From the NCBI GenBank assembly GCA_947629985.1, contig CANRFV010000007.1, positions 3,439-67,438 of the forward strand: a stretch of DNA of 64,000 nucleotides. Direction: 5' to 3'. Below, one piece after another: positions 1-10,200 of the stretch (within the stretch, counting starts at the first letter, position 1; each line of letters begins with the position of its first letter). The notes under the pieces are model-generated. The model saw only the letters and a list, made by a program, of their open reading frames with translations. It did no database searches and was not told the DNA's origin. This stretch comes from an uncultured Clostridia bacterium. GTDB lineage: Bacteria; Bacillota; Clostridia; Christensenellales; CAG-314. A program made the translations under genes and the position numbers.

Positions 1-2
1 TG

Positions 3-3000
3 GATAACGACAAGGAAATCGTAGTAGAAATCCCCGATTATTCCGTTAATTGCGTAGATGGCGAAGAACACGTTTGGGTAGACCTTCACAAGGTTGTAGA
101 CGCCAACTGCATTAGCGGCGAAACATGGCTTACCGTTTGCCGCAGACCCGGTTGCAACGCTATGTACCTTAGCCAAAAGGGCGATCCTAACCCCGACAAT
201 CACCTTAACTTGGTAGACGCCGATACAAAACCCACTTGTACAAAAGCGGGCAATACCGACCAAATCTGCAAAGACTGCGGCAAAACCATTAAGGGGCAAG
301 AAGTTGCCGCTCTCGGCCACACTCCGTACATAAAGACGGCAGATAAAACCGCTTGGCGTGCAGAAGACTCGAGTGTTGAGAAAACCGGTTGGGTAAAAGA
401 AGTAACCGACCTTCCCGAAGGCGTAGCCGAAAACTGGGTACCCGTAGTTGACGACCTTAGCGTATTCTGTGTTGACGGCGGTGAAGTTGCGCTTGTTTGT
501 GCAGACTGCCACGAAGAAATTAAGGAATCCGAACATCGCGATGCTCCCGGACACCTTATTACGGGTGAATGGACAATTACACAACGTCCCACCGATGATG
601 CAACAGGTCTTGCGGAAGGTCTTTGCGCACGTTGCGGTGAAACAACGATCGTATTGCCCAAATTGACCGCTAAGGACGCAGAAGGTCATTTGTTGTGGAC
701 GTCAAAGACTGAAAACGGTGTTTGTAAGGAAGGCGCAGACAATACCGTTGCCAAGACAATTTATACATACGTTTACAAGTATCTCGATGAGTCGAAAGAA
801 CCTGCCGAACAGGAAAAGAAATTCTCGTTCGAAGTTTTGGGCGACGTTAAACACACGTATAATGGTGAAGCGATTTATCAGACAGGTGAAATTTCAGGCG
901 ACTCTCCCGTATATGACGACATTACGGACGCTGATGTAGCAGCCGGCACGGTAGAAAAAGCGTTTGAACACTTCGGCAACTCGTCCAACACTTGCAGCAA
1001 AGTGGGCTATGCAATGTTCACATGCGAAGTGTGCGGTGAAAGAATCTTGATCAGAGTACGCGGCACCAACCACAATCCCGATTATAATCAAAAATTGAGC
1101 GAAGTACCCGCTACTTGTACCGAACGCGGATATACCGAATATGTCTGCAAGAACAGCACAGACGGTCATACTTACAAAGAGTACACCAAGGCACTTGGTC
1201 ATAGTTGGAAAGTAGACAACACCAAGAGCACGTTTGATGAAAGCGCAGGCACTGCTGATTTGTACGTATACTGCGACCGCGACGGTTGTGATGCTACAGA
1301 CCATATTGTAGGAACTAACGTTAAAAAGACTGAAACTCCTGCTAAGTGTGAAGAAGCCGGCAAGATTGTTTGGACGTATCAGTATCAACCCGAAGGCGCT
1401 GAAAAGCCCCTAGAAGGTAAATTCGAAGAAACAGTTGACGCTTTGTTCCATGCGCTTATTCACAACGACAATACATTCGAGTTCAAGAATGGTTTGCCCG
1501 ATGACGGCACTGTAACATATGAAATCGAAGATATTGCTAAGGGACTTGGTCTTAGTGTTCAAGAATTGCTCAGCACATACGATGACTTCAACAAGTTTGC
1601 AAACTCGCATCCCGATTGCAAGAATCCCGGTTGGGTTTACATCGATTGCAGCCGTTGTAAACAAAAGATTTTGATTCGCCTTGTTGGTGAACACGATTGG
1701 GATCCCGATAGTGCATACGACGTTAAAGGCACATGTAAAGCCGATGCCGAGCATCCCGACGGAGTTGCTCCTGCAGATGGATATACATGCTCTGTATGCG
1801 GCAAGCATACGACCAAACCGAAAGATGGTCAGGGCATCCCCGATCATACTTGGGAAGTTAAAGTTGACGAAAAAACCAACAAAGTAAACTGCACTTGTAC
1901 CGTTTGCGGCAAGCAAGCAGAAGGTAAACTTGATACGTCTAAGGGCGATGGCAACACCGGTATTGAAAAGAAAGCAGCAACCTGCGCTCCCGGTGATGCC
2001 GGTAAGGGATACACCAAGTATTACTATCTTGACGCTTCTAACAAACCTGGTGTAGCAACCGTTTGGACTGATAGATTGACTACACACTGCTTCGGTTTGG
2101 ATGGCGATGCTACATACCTGACAGGTATTACCGAAGATCCCGATGTATGTCAATCAGACAGCCTGACAGCAGGTAAGTTCCTTGCAGCCGCGCAAAAAGG
2201 CGGAGAAATTGTTGACCCGTCGTTTGCTAACTCGCATCCGACTTGCAAGAAAGAAGGCAAGATTACAATTAAGTGCTCTGTCTGCAACGAACAATTGGTT
2301 CTTACAGTAAAGGGCGACCATACTCTTGGTAAAGAAGAACTCAAAGCGCCGACATGCACAACGGCTGGTTACACCTATCAAAAATGTTCTGAGTGCAACC
2401 AAGAAGTTAAGAAGCCGGGTTCTGACAAAGCGGCACTCGGACACGACTTGACCATTGTTGTTGAAACTGAACCCACCGTCGATCAAGCCGGTAGTGCAAA
2501 GGTATCTTGCAGCAGATGTTCGGTAGGCGGAACAGTTGAATTGCCCAAACTGAGCGATACGACATTCTGGAAACGCACGGAAAAAGCGTCCAGCTGCACC
2601 GTTCCCGGTAGCGACACTTACACGCACGAATTCAACTATGACGGCACTAAGGAGTCCATCTCTGTAGTTGTTGCACGCGTACTTACCGACCATGAATTGG
2701 AAGAAAAACTCCTTGACTGGTACAGTGAAGACACGTTGACGCATTATTGGGGACATCTCTGCAAGAAGTGCGGACAACTGATCGTTGACCACAAAGAGAA
2801 ACTCGACAAACTTACCGATCCCGAAGAAGGCGAATACCTGCTTACATTCTTCCAAGCGGCGAGAAACGATGGAAAAGGTGAAAGATGTTACTTCACCGAT
2901 GAAGTTAAAAACACGTACTTCTTCGCGTCCACAACCGATGTTACAAAGGCTGTTAAAGTAACTCTTACAAAGAGTGGCGAAGACGGTTGGGTAATCAAAG

Positions 3001-3254
3001 TTGGCGAAAAGTACCTTGAACTTGTTGTGAGCGACACACATGTTAACATCAAACTTAACGACGCTCAAACCGAAGGCGCAGTATGGAAATGGAACGCTGA
3101 ACACGGAATCTTTACATTCGTTGCTTCCGGCACCGAAGGTTACATCGGAACCTATGGCACGTATGATACATTCAGCGCATCCGCTCTTGAAAACTATGCA
3201 ACAGGTTCGTACTTCGCAGTTCTCGCAACACTTGCAGAAGATGCTGCTGAATAA
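3..3254 (+). CDS. Large Cys/His-repeat (CxxC...H) putative surface/secreted protein, 5'-truncated by the window edge
   Basis: Frame is open from base 3 (DNDKEIVVEIPDYSVNC...) into ORF 162..3254; about 11 CxxC motifs in repeats of type (P/A)TC-x-G-x-CxxC-x-ALGH; Cys-poor C-terminal domain. Confidence 0.75.
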   Translation, partial: DNDKEIVVEIPDYSVNCVDGEEHVWVDLHKVVDANCISGETWLTVCRRPGCNAMYLSQKGDPNPDNHLNLVDADTKPTCTKAGNTDQICKDCGKTIKGQEVAALGHTPYIKTADKTAWRAEDSSVEKTGWVKEVTDLPEGVAENWVPVVDDLSVFCVDGGEVALVCADCHEEIKESEHRDAPGHLITGEWTITQRPTDDATGLAEGLCARCGETTIVLPKLTAKDAEGHLLWTSKTENGVCKEGADNTVAKTIYTYVYKYLDESKEPAEQEKKFSFEVLGDVKHTYNGEAIYQTGEISGDSPVYDDITDADVAAGTVEKAFEHFGNSSNTCSKVGYAMFTCEVCGERILIRVRGTNHNPDYNQKLSEVPATCTERGYTEYVCKNSTDGHTYKEYTKALGHSWKVDNTKSTFDESAGTADLYVYCDRDGCDATDHIVGTNVKKTETPAKCEEAGKIVWTYQYQPEGAEKPLEGKFEETVDALFHALIHNDNTFEFKNGLPDDGTVTYEIEDIAKGLGLSVQELLSTYDDFNKFANSHPDCKNPGWVYIDCSRCKQKILIRLVGEHDWDPDSAYDVKGTCKADAEHPDGVAPADGYTCSVCGKHTTKPKDGQGIPDHTWEVKVDEKTNKVNCTCTVCGKQAEGKLDTSKGDGNTGIEKKAATCAPGDAGKGYTKYYYLDASNKPGVATVWTDRLTTHCFGLDGDATYLTGITEDPDVCQSDSLTAGKFLAAAQKGGEIVDPSFANSHPTCKKEGKITIKCSVCNEQLVLTVKGDHTLGKEELKAPTCTTAGYTYQKCSECNQEVKKPGSDKAALGHDLTIVVETEPTVDQAGSAKVSCSRCSVGGTVELPKLSDTTFWKRTEKASSCTVPGSDTYTHEFNYDGTKESISVVVARVLTDHELEEKLLDWYSEDTLTHYWGHLCKKCGQLIVDHKEKLDKLTDPEEGEYLLTFFQAARNDGKGERCYFTDEVKNTYFFASTTDVTKAVKVTLTKSGEDGWVIKVGEKYLELVVSDTHVNIKLNDAQTEGAVWKWNAEHGIFTFVASGTEGYIGTYGTYDTFSASALENYATGSYFAVLATLAEDAAE

Positions 3255-3296
3255 TCTATCGCATCAAAGAATCTTAATCTAATCCGAAGATTTCTT

Positions 3297-3333
3297 AAAA
3301 AAGAACCAAGCCGATACGGCTTGGTTCTTTTTT
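3297..3333 (+). terminator. Rho-independent terminator
   Basis: AAGAACCAAGCCG-ATA-CGGCTTGGTTCTT followed by a T-run. Confidence 0.9.
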
Positions 3334-3427
3334 GTTCCGTTCAATGGTTTACTTGCACGTAAATCTGTCTGCATAGCGCAATTTGTGTTTGCAAATTCAA
3401 ATTGTTGGAAAAATTTTGCAAATAGTA

Positions 3428-3456
3428 TTGAAATTACATAGCGATTGTGTTAGAAT
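3428..3456 (+). promoter_or_regulatory. Putative sigma-A promoter of mgtC-like gene
   Basis: TTGAAA-17 bp-TAGAAT with extended -10 TG. Confidence 0.6.
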
Positions 3457-3494
3457 ACAATAACGGTTGCAAACCGCAAGGGAGTATTTAACAA

Positions 3495-4223
3495 ATGAAA
3501 TTGCTTGCATTTGCCAAATCGCTGTCCGAATTGCCCATCGGCATATTGTTCGGGCACAATCTCGGCGATCCCGCCGAAACAGGTTGGGAAGTTCAACTTA
3601 TATTTTTGTTGCGCGTGCTTATTGCGGGCGCATTGGGTATAGTTATCGGTATAGAGCGTAACCGCCGTCAAAAGGAAGCGGGCATGGCTACGCACTTTAT
3701 CGTAGGTTGCGCGGCGGCGTTGTTTACGGTGGTGTCGATGTCGTTGTGGAATATCGGCGACGGCGAACGTATTGCCGCGCAAATAGTATCCGGTATTTCC
3801 TTTTTGTGTGCGGGCGTAATTTTCTTCCGCCGCGAAAACTTGCGCGGTCTTACCACCGCCGCAGGCATATGGGCAACCGCAGCTATTGGTATGTGCGTTG
3901 CAATCGGCGAGCCGATACTTGCCGTTGCCGGCACCGCGCTGATATTGGGCATACAAATGTTTTTGCACAGCAAGGTGGTGCTGCGCAAGAGCCGCAAGCA
4001 TATGCTGTTTGTAAAGTTTGTGTACAGCGACGAAGTAAAGGATATGCTTATCAACCATTTCGGTTGCGACAGTTTTCACCGTTTCAAATTGTACAAGGAC
4101 GGCGATCAAGCCGTTGCCGAAGCGGTTATTTACACCAAGCAAAACTTTTTTGCAAGCGAACTGTCCGAATTGATGACCGCCCACCCGCAAGTGCTTTCGG
4201 TGGAACGGCTGGAAGATTTGTAA
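3495..4223 (+). CDS. MgtC/SapB family membrane protein
   Basis: GIER..KEAGMATH, RIAAQIVSGISFLCAG, GLTTAAGIWATAAIG motifs. Confidence 0.9.
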   Translation: MKLLAFAKSLSELPIGILFGHNLGDPAETGWEVQLIFLLRVLIAGALGIVIGIERNRRQKEAGMATHFIVGCAAALFTVVSMSLWNIGDGERIAAQIVSGISFLCAGVIFFRRENLRGLTTAAGIWATAAIGMCVAIGEPILAVAGTALILGIQMFLHSKVVLRKSRKHMLFVKFVYSDEVKDMLINHFGCDSFHRFKLYKDGDQAVAEAVIYTKQNFFASELSELMTAHPQVLSVERLEDL

Positions 4224-4705
4224 GAGCCGACCACACGTGCGTCGGTCGATTGCAAGTCGCTCGCATATCCCCTGCAAAAAGGCTTCGCTTCGTATGCCGC
4301 AGGAAATGGTAGAAAGAGCGCTCGTGCAATTGCATTCAAAACGGAAAACACGCGCATATCCCCTGCAAAAAGGATATCGCTCGCGTGTTCACTGCAAAAC
4401 GGCTTCACTTCGCGTGCCGCACCTTGTTAGGTGCGGCACACTTGTTGCAGATTGTTTTGCAGTAAACACACTCGCTCTGAGTATATATAAGGTTGTATCT
4501 TAATTAAACACTTGTTTGTTGATAGTATGAATGCAACAGCACTCGCGCATAAAGAACGAAAAGATATAATGCGGCATACTCGTTGCAGATTATTTTGCAG
4601 TGGATACACTCGCTCAGCGGGGTTACAAGGTTAGGTTTAGTTTGGACTGCTTGTTGCTTGTATGAATTTGTGCGCTATCGCGCCGACGTACGTGTGGTCG
4701 GCTAC
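4223..4705. repeat. Composite palindromic intergenic element bounded by inverted REP-like hairpins
   Basis: GCCGACCACACGTGCGTCGG at 4226-4245 and its inverse at 4683-4702 (1 mismatch); central hairpin 4414-4439; internal sub-repeats recur at 11.5 kb and 51.8-52.4 kb. Confidence 0.8.
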
Positions 4706-5607
4706 GCGTTTGGTCGGGGAAATCTTTTATCTGCCCCTTGCAGTTGCGCAACAAAGCAGCGGTTTGCGTCTACCAGCCGCGAAAAAAGCCTTTCGTCGTA
4801 GCGTTGGCGCAGTGCCGCAAGCGACAAATTTGTGCTTACAAACGTTTGTTTTCCGCGCGCTATCCGCTCGTTGATTATGCTGAACAGATATTCCGCCGTT
4901 ACGTTTTTGTACACGTTTTCGGTGCCGAGATCGTCAATTACCAGCACGTCCACGTCCACAAGGCTATCCAACACAGCCTGACAAGTTGCCGTATCGGACA
5001 GGTGCGCGTCCAACAGCGTGGCGTTTAGCGAATACGCCGTTACAAACAGCGTGCTTTTGTCGGTTTGCGCGCAATGGTTGGCGCAAGCGGTAAGCAGGTA
5101 CGTTTTGCCGCAACCCGTGCCGCCTATCAGCAGTATGTTGCCCTGTCCGTCGCAAATTTGGCGCGCCTTTTTGTATATGGCAAGGTTGTGCTTGTCCGTT
5201 TCGGTAGAAGCGTCAAAGGTGTAATTGACGTTTATTACGTTGCTGTCCGCAATGATAAGGTTGCGTATTTCCTTTTGCAAACAGCAACACATTGCGCCGT
5301 TTACGTAGCCGCTGTCGTTGCACTTGGTACAAACATATTTCGGTTGCAGGTCGGCTGCGGTAAGCCCCTTGCTTGCAAGCAATCGGTTTTGCTTGCGGGT
5401 AAGGCTGTTTATTTGCCGCTTGAGATCATCCGCGTTGCCGCGCCCCATTACCAAATCGACCTGCGCCTGTTTCAGCGCGCGCTCGTTTTGCGCCCAGACG
5501 GCGTCCGCGCGCAGGGCTTTGTGCAAGGCGTCGGCTTGGGCAAGCGCGTCGTTGCGGCGCGTATCCACAATACGCTGTGCTTTTGCAATAAGTTGTTGCC
5601 TGTTCAT
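4702..5607 (-). CDS. DnaC/IstB-like AAA+ ATPase (helicase-loader family)
   Basis: CTKCNDSGY Zn motif, Walker A GGTGCGKT, Walker B VLVIDDLGTE, STNL; start at MNRQQ overlaps the upstream stop. Confidence 0.85.
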   Translation of the reverse strand: MNRQQLIAKAQRIVDTRRNDALAQADALHKALRADAVWAQNERALKQAQVDLVMGRGNADDLKRQINSLTRKQNRLLASKGLTAADLQPKYVCTKCNDSGYVNGAMCCCLQKEIRNLIIADSNVINVNYTFDASTETDKHNLAIYKKARQICDGQGNILLIGGTGCGKTYLLTACANHCAQTDKSTLFVTAYSLNATLLDAHLSDTATCQAVLDSLVDVDVLVIDDLGTENVYKNVTAEYLFSIINERIARGKQTFVSTNLSLAALRQRYDERLFSRLVDANRCFVAQLQGADKRFPRPNA

Positions 5608-7058
5608 CAGTCCTCCGTATCCAACGCGGTAAACAGCGCGTTGAGTTGTTCGTCGGTGTAAGTGCGGCGTTCTATATCTTTGCCGCCGATGTAAGCGGTG
5701 GTTGCGGTGGTGGCGTTGCCGTGAGCGTTGGTTTGGCGGCGTTGTTCGGCTGCGGCGGCGGTGTAAATGCCGTTTTGCTTGCAATCGGATAACACGCGGT
5801 TTATGTATGCCAGCGGCGACGATGTTCCCGCGGCAAGTTGCGCCGCGTACATTATCAGTTCGGACGGCATATTCCAATATTCCGTCCAGGTTTTGTACAG
5901 AGTGCGGTCGCTTTGCGTGGGACGGCGATCCAACCCGCAACGTTCCAACACCGACTGTATCGCTTGGTCAAGTTGCGCCAAACGCGACAAATATTCGTCC
6001 AGCGCCGACATTGTGGTTACGCCCGCCTTGTACAATTTGTCTATTTTGTACGCCATGCCGTTTAGCGTGCGTATACCTGTGCGGAAACAGTATTTGGCAA
6101 TGGCAAGCAGCGTTTCGTCGTCGTAGCCGCGTTGCAGCCACACAACGATGTATTCTTCCACGACCGAATCGACGTTTTGATATATTACGCCGATTATTTT
6201 GTTTATTTCGCGCGCAAGGTTGTACAAGTGCGTCTTTTCCGTTTCGTACTGCTCTATTTCCTTTACGGACAGCGCGCCGCGGCGGTAATATTCGCCCAGC
6301 AGACTGTTCAACTTGAACATTCCGCCCGATTTGCAATTTTTTGCCACGGCAACGATAACGTCTTGCGTAAAGCCGTAGGTTTTGGTCCACAGTTCGTAGT
6401 TTTCACGGTCGGCGTGGTCTATTTTGCGGTTGGACGACATCGCCTTGAATACCAATCGCAGGTCGTCGTCGTATTTAAGTTGACTGTTTAGCCGCTCGGA
6501 CACTTCCGCAAGGGTGTACGCGCCGTATTTTTGCAAATTTTGCGCAACGGTAAGTATATAGCGGTAGTTTATCGAGCCGCCCTTCAATTCCGCGCAGTAT
6601 TTTGCCACGGCAACAAGCGCCGACGCGTCGAACCCCGTATTTTCCAAAAAATTGTAATATTCGTTGTATTCCGTTACGGTGATCATTCGCCCCGTAATAA
6701 CTTGCTGAATATCTTGCGAAAACTTTGCATATTTGCCGGGTTTTATCTTTTTAAGACTGCTGTACGAGTCGCGCACGTCCAGATACACAACGTGCGGCGG
6801 ATCTGTTTCCACGCGTACAAGCCCCAATTCTTCCCAATACAGGTATGCGTCCATAACGTCCTGCTCGGAAATGCCCAATTTTTGCGATATGGCAAGGCAA
6901 CTGTTTTGTTCGCCGTCCGTTTGCGTAAGCGTAAAGCCCAACAAATACACCGCGCTGCGCATATCGGGCGCGTCGGGCATATAGTTGGTAAAAAACTTGT
7001 TGTCCACCGAAGTAAATCCGTTGTTAAGCGGCGGCCTTTCTTTTTCGCAAAATGCCAT
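5607..7058 (-). CDS. DnaD domain protein (several DnaB_2-like repeats)
   Basis: N-terminal FTSVDNKFFTNYMP/YWEELGLV; repeated Y-I-xx-V/L-xx-W-type motifs; coupled to dnaC-like gene. Confidence 0.8.
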   Translation of the reverse strand: MAFCEKERPPLNNGFTSVDNKFFTNYMPDAPDMRSAVYLLGFTLTQTDGEQNSCLAISQKLGISEQDVMDAYLYWEELGLVRVETDPPHVVYLDVRDSYSSLKKIKPGKYAKFSQDIQQVITGRMITVTEYNEYYNFLENTGFDASALVAVAKYCAELKGGSINYRYILTVAQNLQKYGAYTLAEVSERLNSQLKYDDDLRLVFKAMSSNRKIDHADRENYELWTKTYGFTQDVIVAVAKNCKSGGMFKLNSLLGEYYRRGALSVKEIEQYETEKTHLYNLAREINKIIGVIYQNVDSVVEEYIVVWLQRGYDDETLLAIAKYCFRTGIRTLNGMAYKIDKLYKAGVTTMSALDEYLSRLAQLDQAIQSVLERCGLDRRPTQSDRTLYKTWTEYWNMPSELIMYAAQLAAGTSSPLAYINRVLSDCKQNGIYTAAAAEQRRQTNAHGNATTATTAYIGGKDIERRTYTDEQLNALFTALDTED

Positions 7059-7084
7059 AAATTACCCCTTTTGTATGCAAAGTA

Positions 7085-7113
7085 TTGATTATTTTTGCGT
7101 AATGAGTTATAAT
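7085..7113 (+). promoter_or_regulatory. Putative sigma-A promoter
   Basis: TTGATT-17 bp-TATAAT. Confidence 0.5.
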
Positions 7114-7251
7114 ATAAAATAATTTACAATGCGCAATTTTGCCTGTGCGCACGTCGCATTGTTTTATTATTTTAACACAAATTGCCGACCATTTCAACCT
7201 ATTTACATAACTTGTCGGCTTTTGTTGATTATTACTTGGCAGAGGTGCTGA

Positions 7252-10200
7252 ATGTTAATCCGCAAAGTTATTGCCACGGATATCAAATCGAAACAAAAAG
7301 TTACGTTTAACTTTGCTACCGCTTCCGGCGGAAAGGACGTTGTTACGTTGCGCGGCGGCAAACTTAACCGCTATTTGGAATACGTTTTTAAGGAAGGCGT
7401 AGACTGTCAAAGCGACGTAGAAGTGTGGTTTGACGTAAACAGCGACAAGTTTATTCTAAGCCGCACTCACGGCGACAACGGCGGCAGCCGCAGCGTACTT
7501 AAAAAATACGTTGACGGGCATTGGCAGGTTGCGGCGCGCAATCGTGCGGTAAATTACGTAGAAGATCTTATCAACGAACAACTTGCCGACATGCTCAAAA
7601 TAAACTACGTCAACAACAAGGCCATTGCCGACTTTCACGGCAATTTGCAGGCTATTGACGAGATCGCTTTGCTTGCCGACATAAACGACGGCATTGCCAA
7701 ATCTATGACCCAAGCCGACGCGCTTAAACAAAACGCATTGCGCCGCGTGCGCGAATATTCGGCGGACGCAAACGACGCTTCATTCGAGCGTTTGGACGAA
7801 GTCAATTCGCAATTGGACGCGGTTGCGCGCGACATTACCGTTGCCACGGCGCAACTCGGCGAACTGAAAGCCAAGCAGGGCGTTGACGCTTTGCGCAAGG
7901 ATATCGAAGCCGAACTTGACAAATCGCAAATAAAGTACGGCAAACTTATGTCTCGCCACAGCGAAATAGAGGACGCTCGCGCCAAGGTAAAACTGCGCGA
8001 CGACCTGGAACTTGTAATTCCCAAGGTAAAAACGCTCAAATCGATAGGGCAGCAGCGCGGCGAACACGACCGCCGTCGCCAAGAAATACAAAGCGAATTG
8101 GATTGGCAGCAAAACGAACTTGACGTTATTACCAAGCAGTTGGAAGAAAAACAGCAACAATTTGACGTATCGCAGGACAAGCGCAACCGCATAGAACGCA
8201 TAAACGGCGAATTGTCCTACATTGCGTCGCTGTACGACAAAAACAAGCGCCTTAACGAAACGCTGTTGGAACTTAACGACCAGCAGGAACGCCTTACCGC
8301 CGAAAAGGCGCTGTACAACAACAAGTTGGAAAACATCGAAAAGTCCATCAACGAAGTGCGCGAAAGTCTCGACTCGTTTGAAATTCCCGCAAGTTCGGTA
8401 AGCGAACTGTTGGAGTTGGTGCGCGTGGACGTCAAAATAGACGAAGTAAACGCCCAAATAGACAAGTTGCAAAGCGAAATTACCGTGCGCGAAAGCCAAA
8501 TCGCCGAAAAAGAGAGCAATCTTGTAATTAAAGTAAAGCGTTTCCGCGCGGTGGCGGATCTGGACGTTGCCGTAACGCCCATCAAAGCCAAGGACACGAT
8601 TTTGCAGGTGTTGGACACCAAGTATTCCAAGTTGGAATCGATCAACACGTCCTTAAAAGAAAAACAGCGCAATTTCGAGCGCGCCTTGGAGGACTACAAG
8701 TACCGCATTATCCAATTGGAGCAATCGCGCAACGTGCTTGTTGCCGAACGCGACAAGGCAATGACGCGCAAGCAGGAAGAGTTCAAGCGCGAAGTGTATC
8801 TTAACAGCCAAAAGGTGTACAGCGACGACTCGACGGGCGTATTTGCCGTAACCGCCAACTTCCACGATCAGGAAATGGAAGATTTCGACAAAAAGATCGT
8901 CCAACGCAATCTGGACAGGGACAACTTGCTGGAACGCGCGTTCAATCTGGACGGCGCAATAAAGGAAATAAAGCGCCACATCGAAATAAACAGCGCCGAA
9001 ATGGAATCGCTGCAACGCGAAAAGGACAACATCAACGCGCGTTACAACGAAATTGTTGCGCAAAACAGCAGCGAAGCGGTATTTAACTATCTCAAAGCGC
9101 TAAGCACCGACAACGGCACCAAGTATTTGCTGGATATGCAGCAGGATTCCGTCCGTTCGGAAGCGGAACTTGCCGAACTCAAACGCACGACCGAAGCGCA
9201 GCGCACCAAGTTGTCGTCGCTTAAATCGCGTCTTAAATATTTGCAGGAAACGCAGCAATCGTTGGACGACGGCTCGACGTCTATCGACAGTCTTATTGCC
9301 ACCAACGACAAAATAAAGGACGAACTTACCGATATCGGCGGCAGATTGTCGTCCGGCTACGAGCAGTACAAAGCGGTTTCGCGGCAGTTGGAAAGCGTCG
9401 AATCCAAGTTGGAGGACGTGCGCGCGGCGATTATCGAAGTTTCCAAAACCGTCAAAGTAAACGAAAACCAAATTGCCGAATCCACCGAAAAGGCAAAAGT
9501 GTACGCCGGCAGCGACAATATCGAACAGGCTGTTGCCAACTTCAAGTACGAATTGGGCGACGTGGAAAGCGAACGGCAAATGTTGATCGAATCCAAACAA
9601 AACGCCGAGCGCGAAGTGTTCAAAAAGCGTCTCGACCTTGAAAAGGCGCAATGGCTGTACGAAACCAAGTGCGCCGAATATCGCGATCTGTATCAGGAAT
9701 TGCAGTTCGAACTAAACCTTAAAGGTCTGGACGTGGACAAAATTGCCGCAATGGATTTCGACATCAATCTGGACGGCTTGCGCAAAATAATTGCGGAATA
9801 CGACACAACCTGCGCAAACGTCTCCGAAAAAATAGACAATTTGTGCGCCATACTCAAAAGTCAACCTGTGTTTACCTTTTCGCCGGACGAAATAGCGCAA
9901 AAGGAAGCCGAAATTGCCAAGTTGCAAAGCCGCCAACGCGAGTTGGAAGCGTCGCGCAACAGGCAGTTGAGTTCGTACGCGGCGGCAAGCACAGCCCGTC
10001 AAAAGGCAACCGTAGCCGCCACGGAAGCGCGCACGTTGGCAAATATGCGCGACGCAATAAACCACAACAAAATAATTGCGCTGTTGATCGACGACAAATT
10101 AAATTCGATTGTCAACTCCGCAAATAAATATCTGCAAGCGCTTACGTCCAACCGTTACAAACTTGTAAGGGACAAGTTCCGCCTGTTTGCCGTGTGCGAC

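Noticed and set aside
3-3254. Multiheme c-type cytochrome
   Set aside because: Only one CxxCH (CADCH); in the other motifs the His lies ~10 residues after CxxC.
4702-7058. Prophage replication module or IS21 istB
   Set aside because: No istA, integrase or phage genes nearby; layout fits the chromosomal dnaD-dnaC pair of Clostridia.
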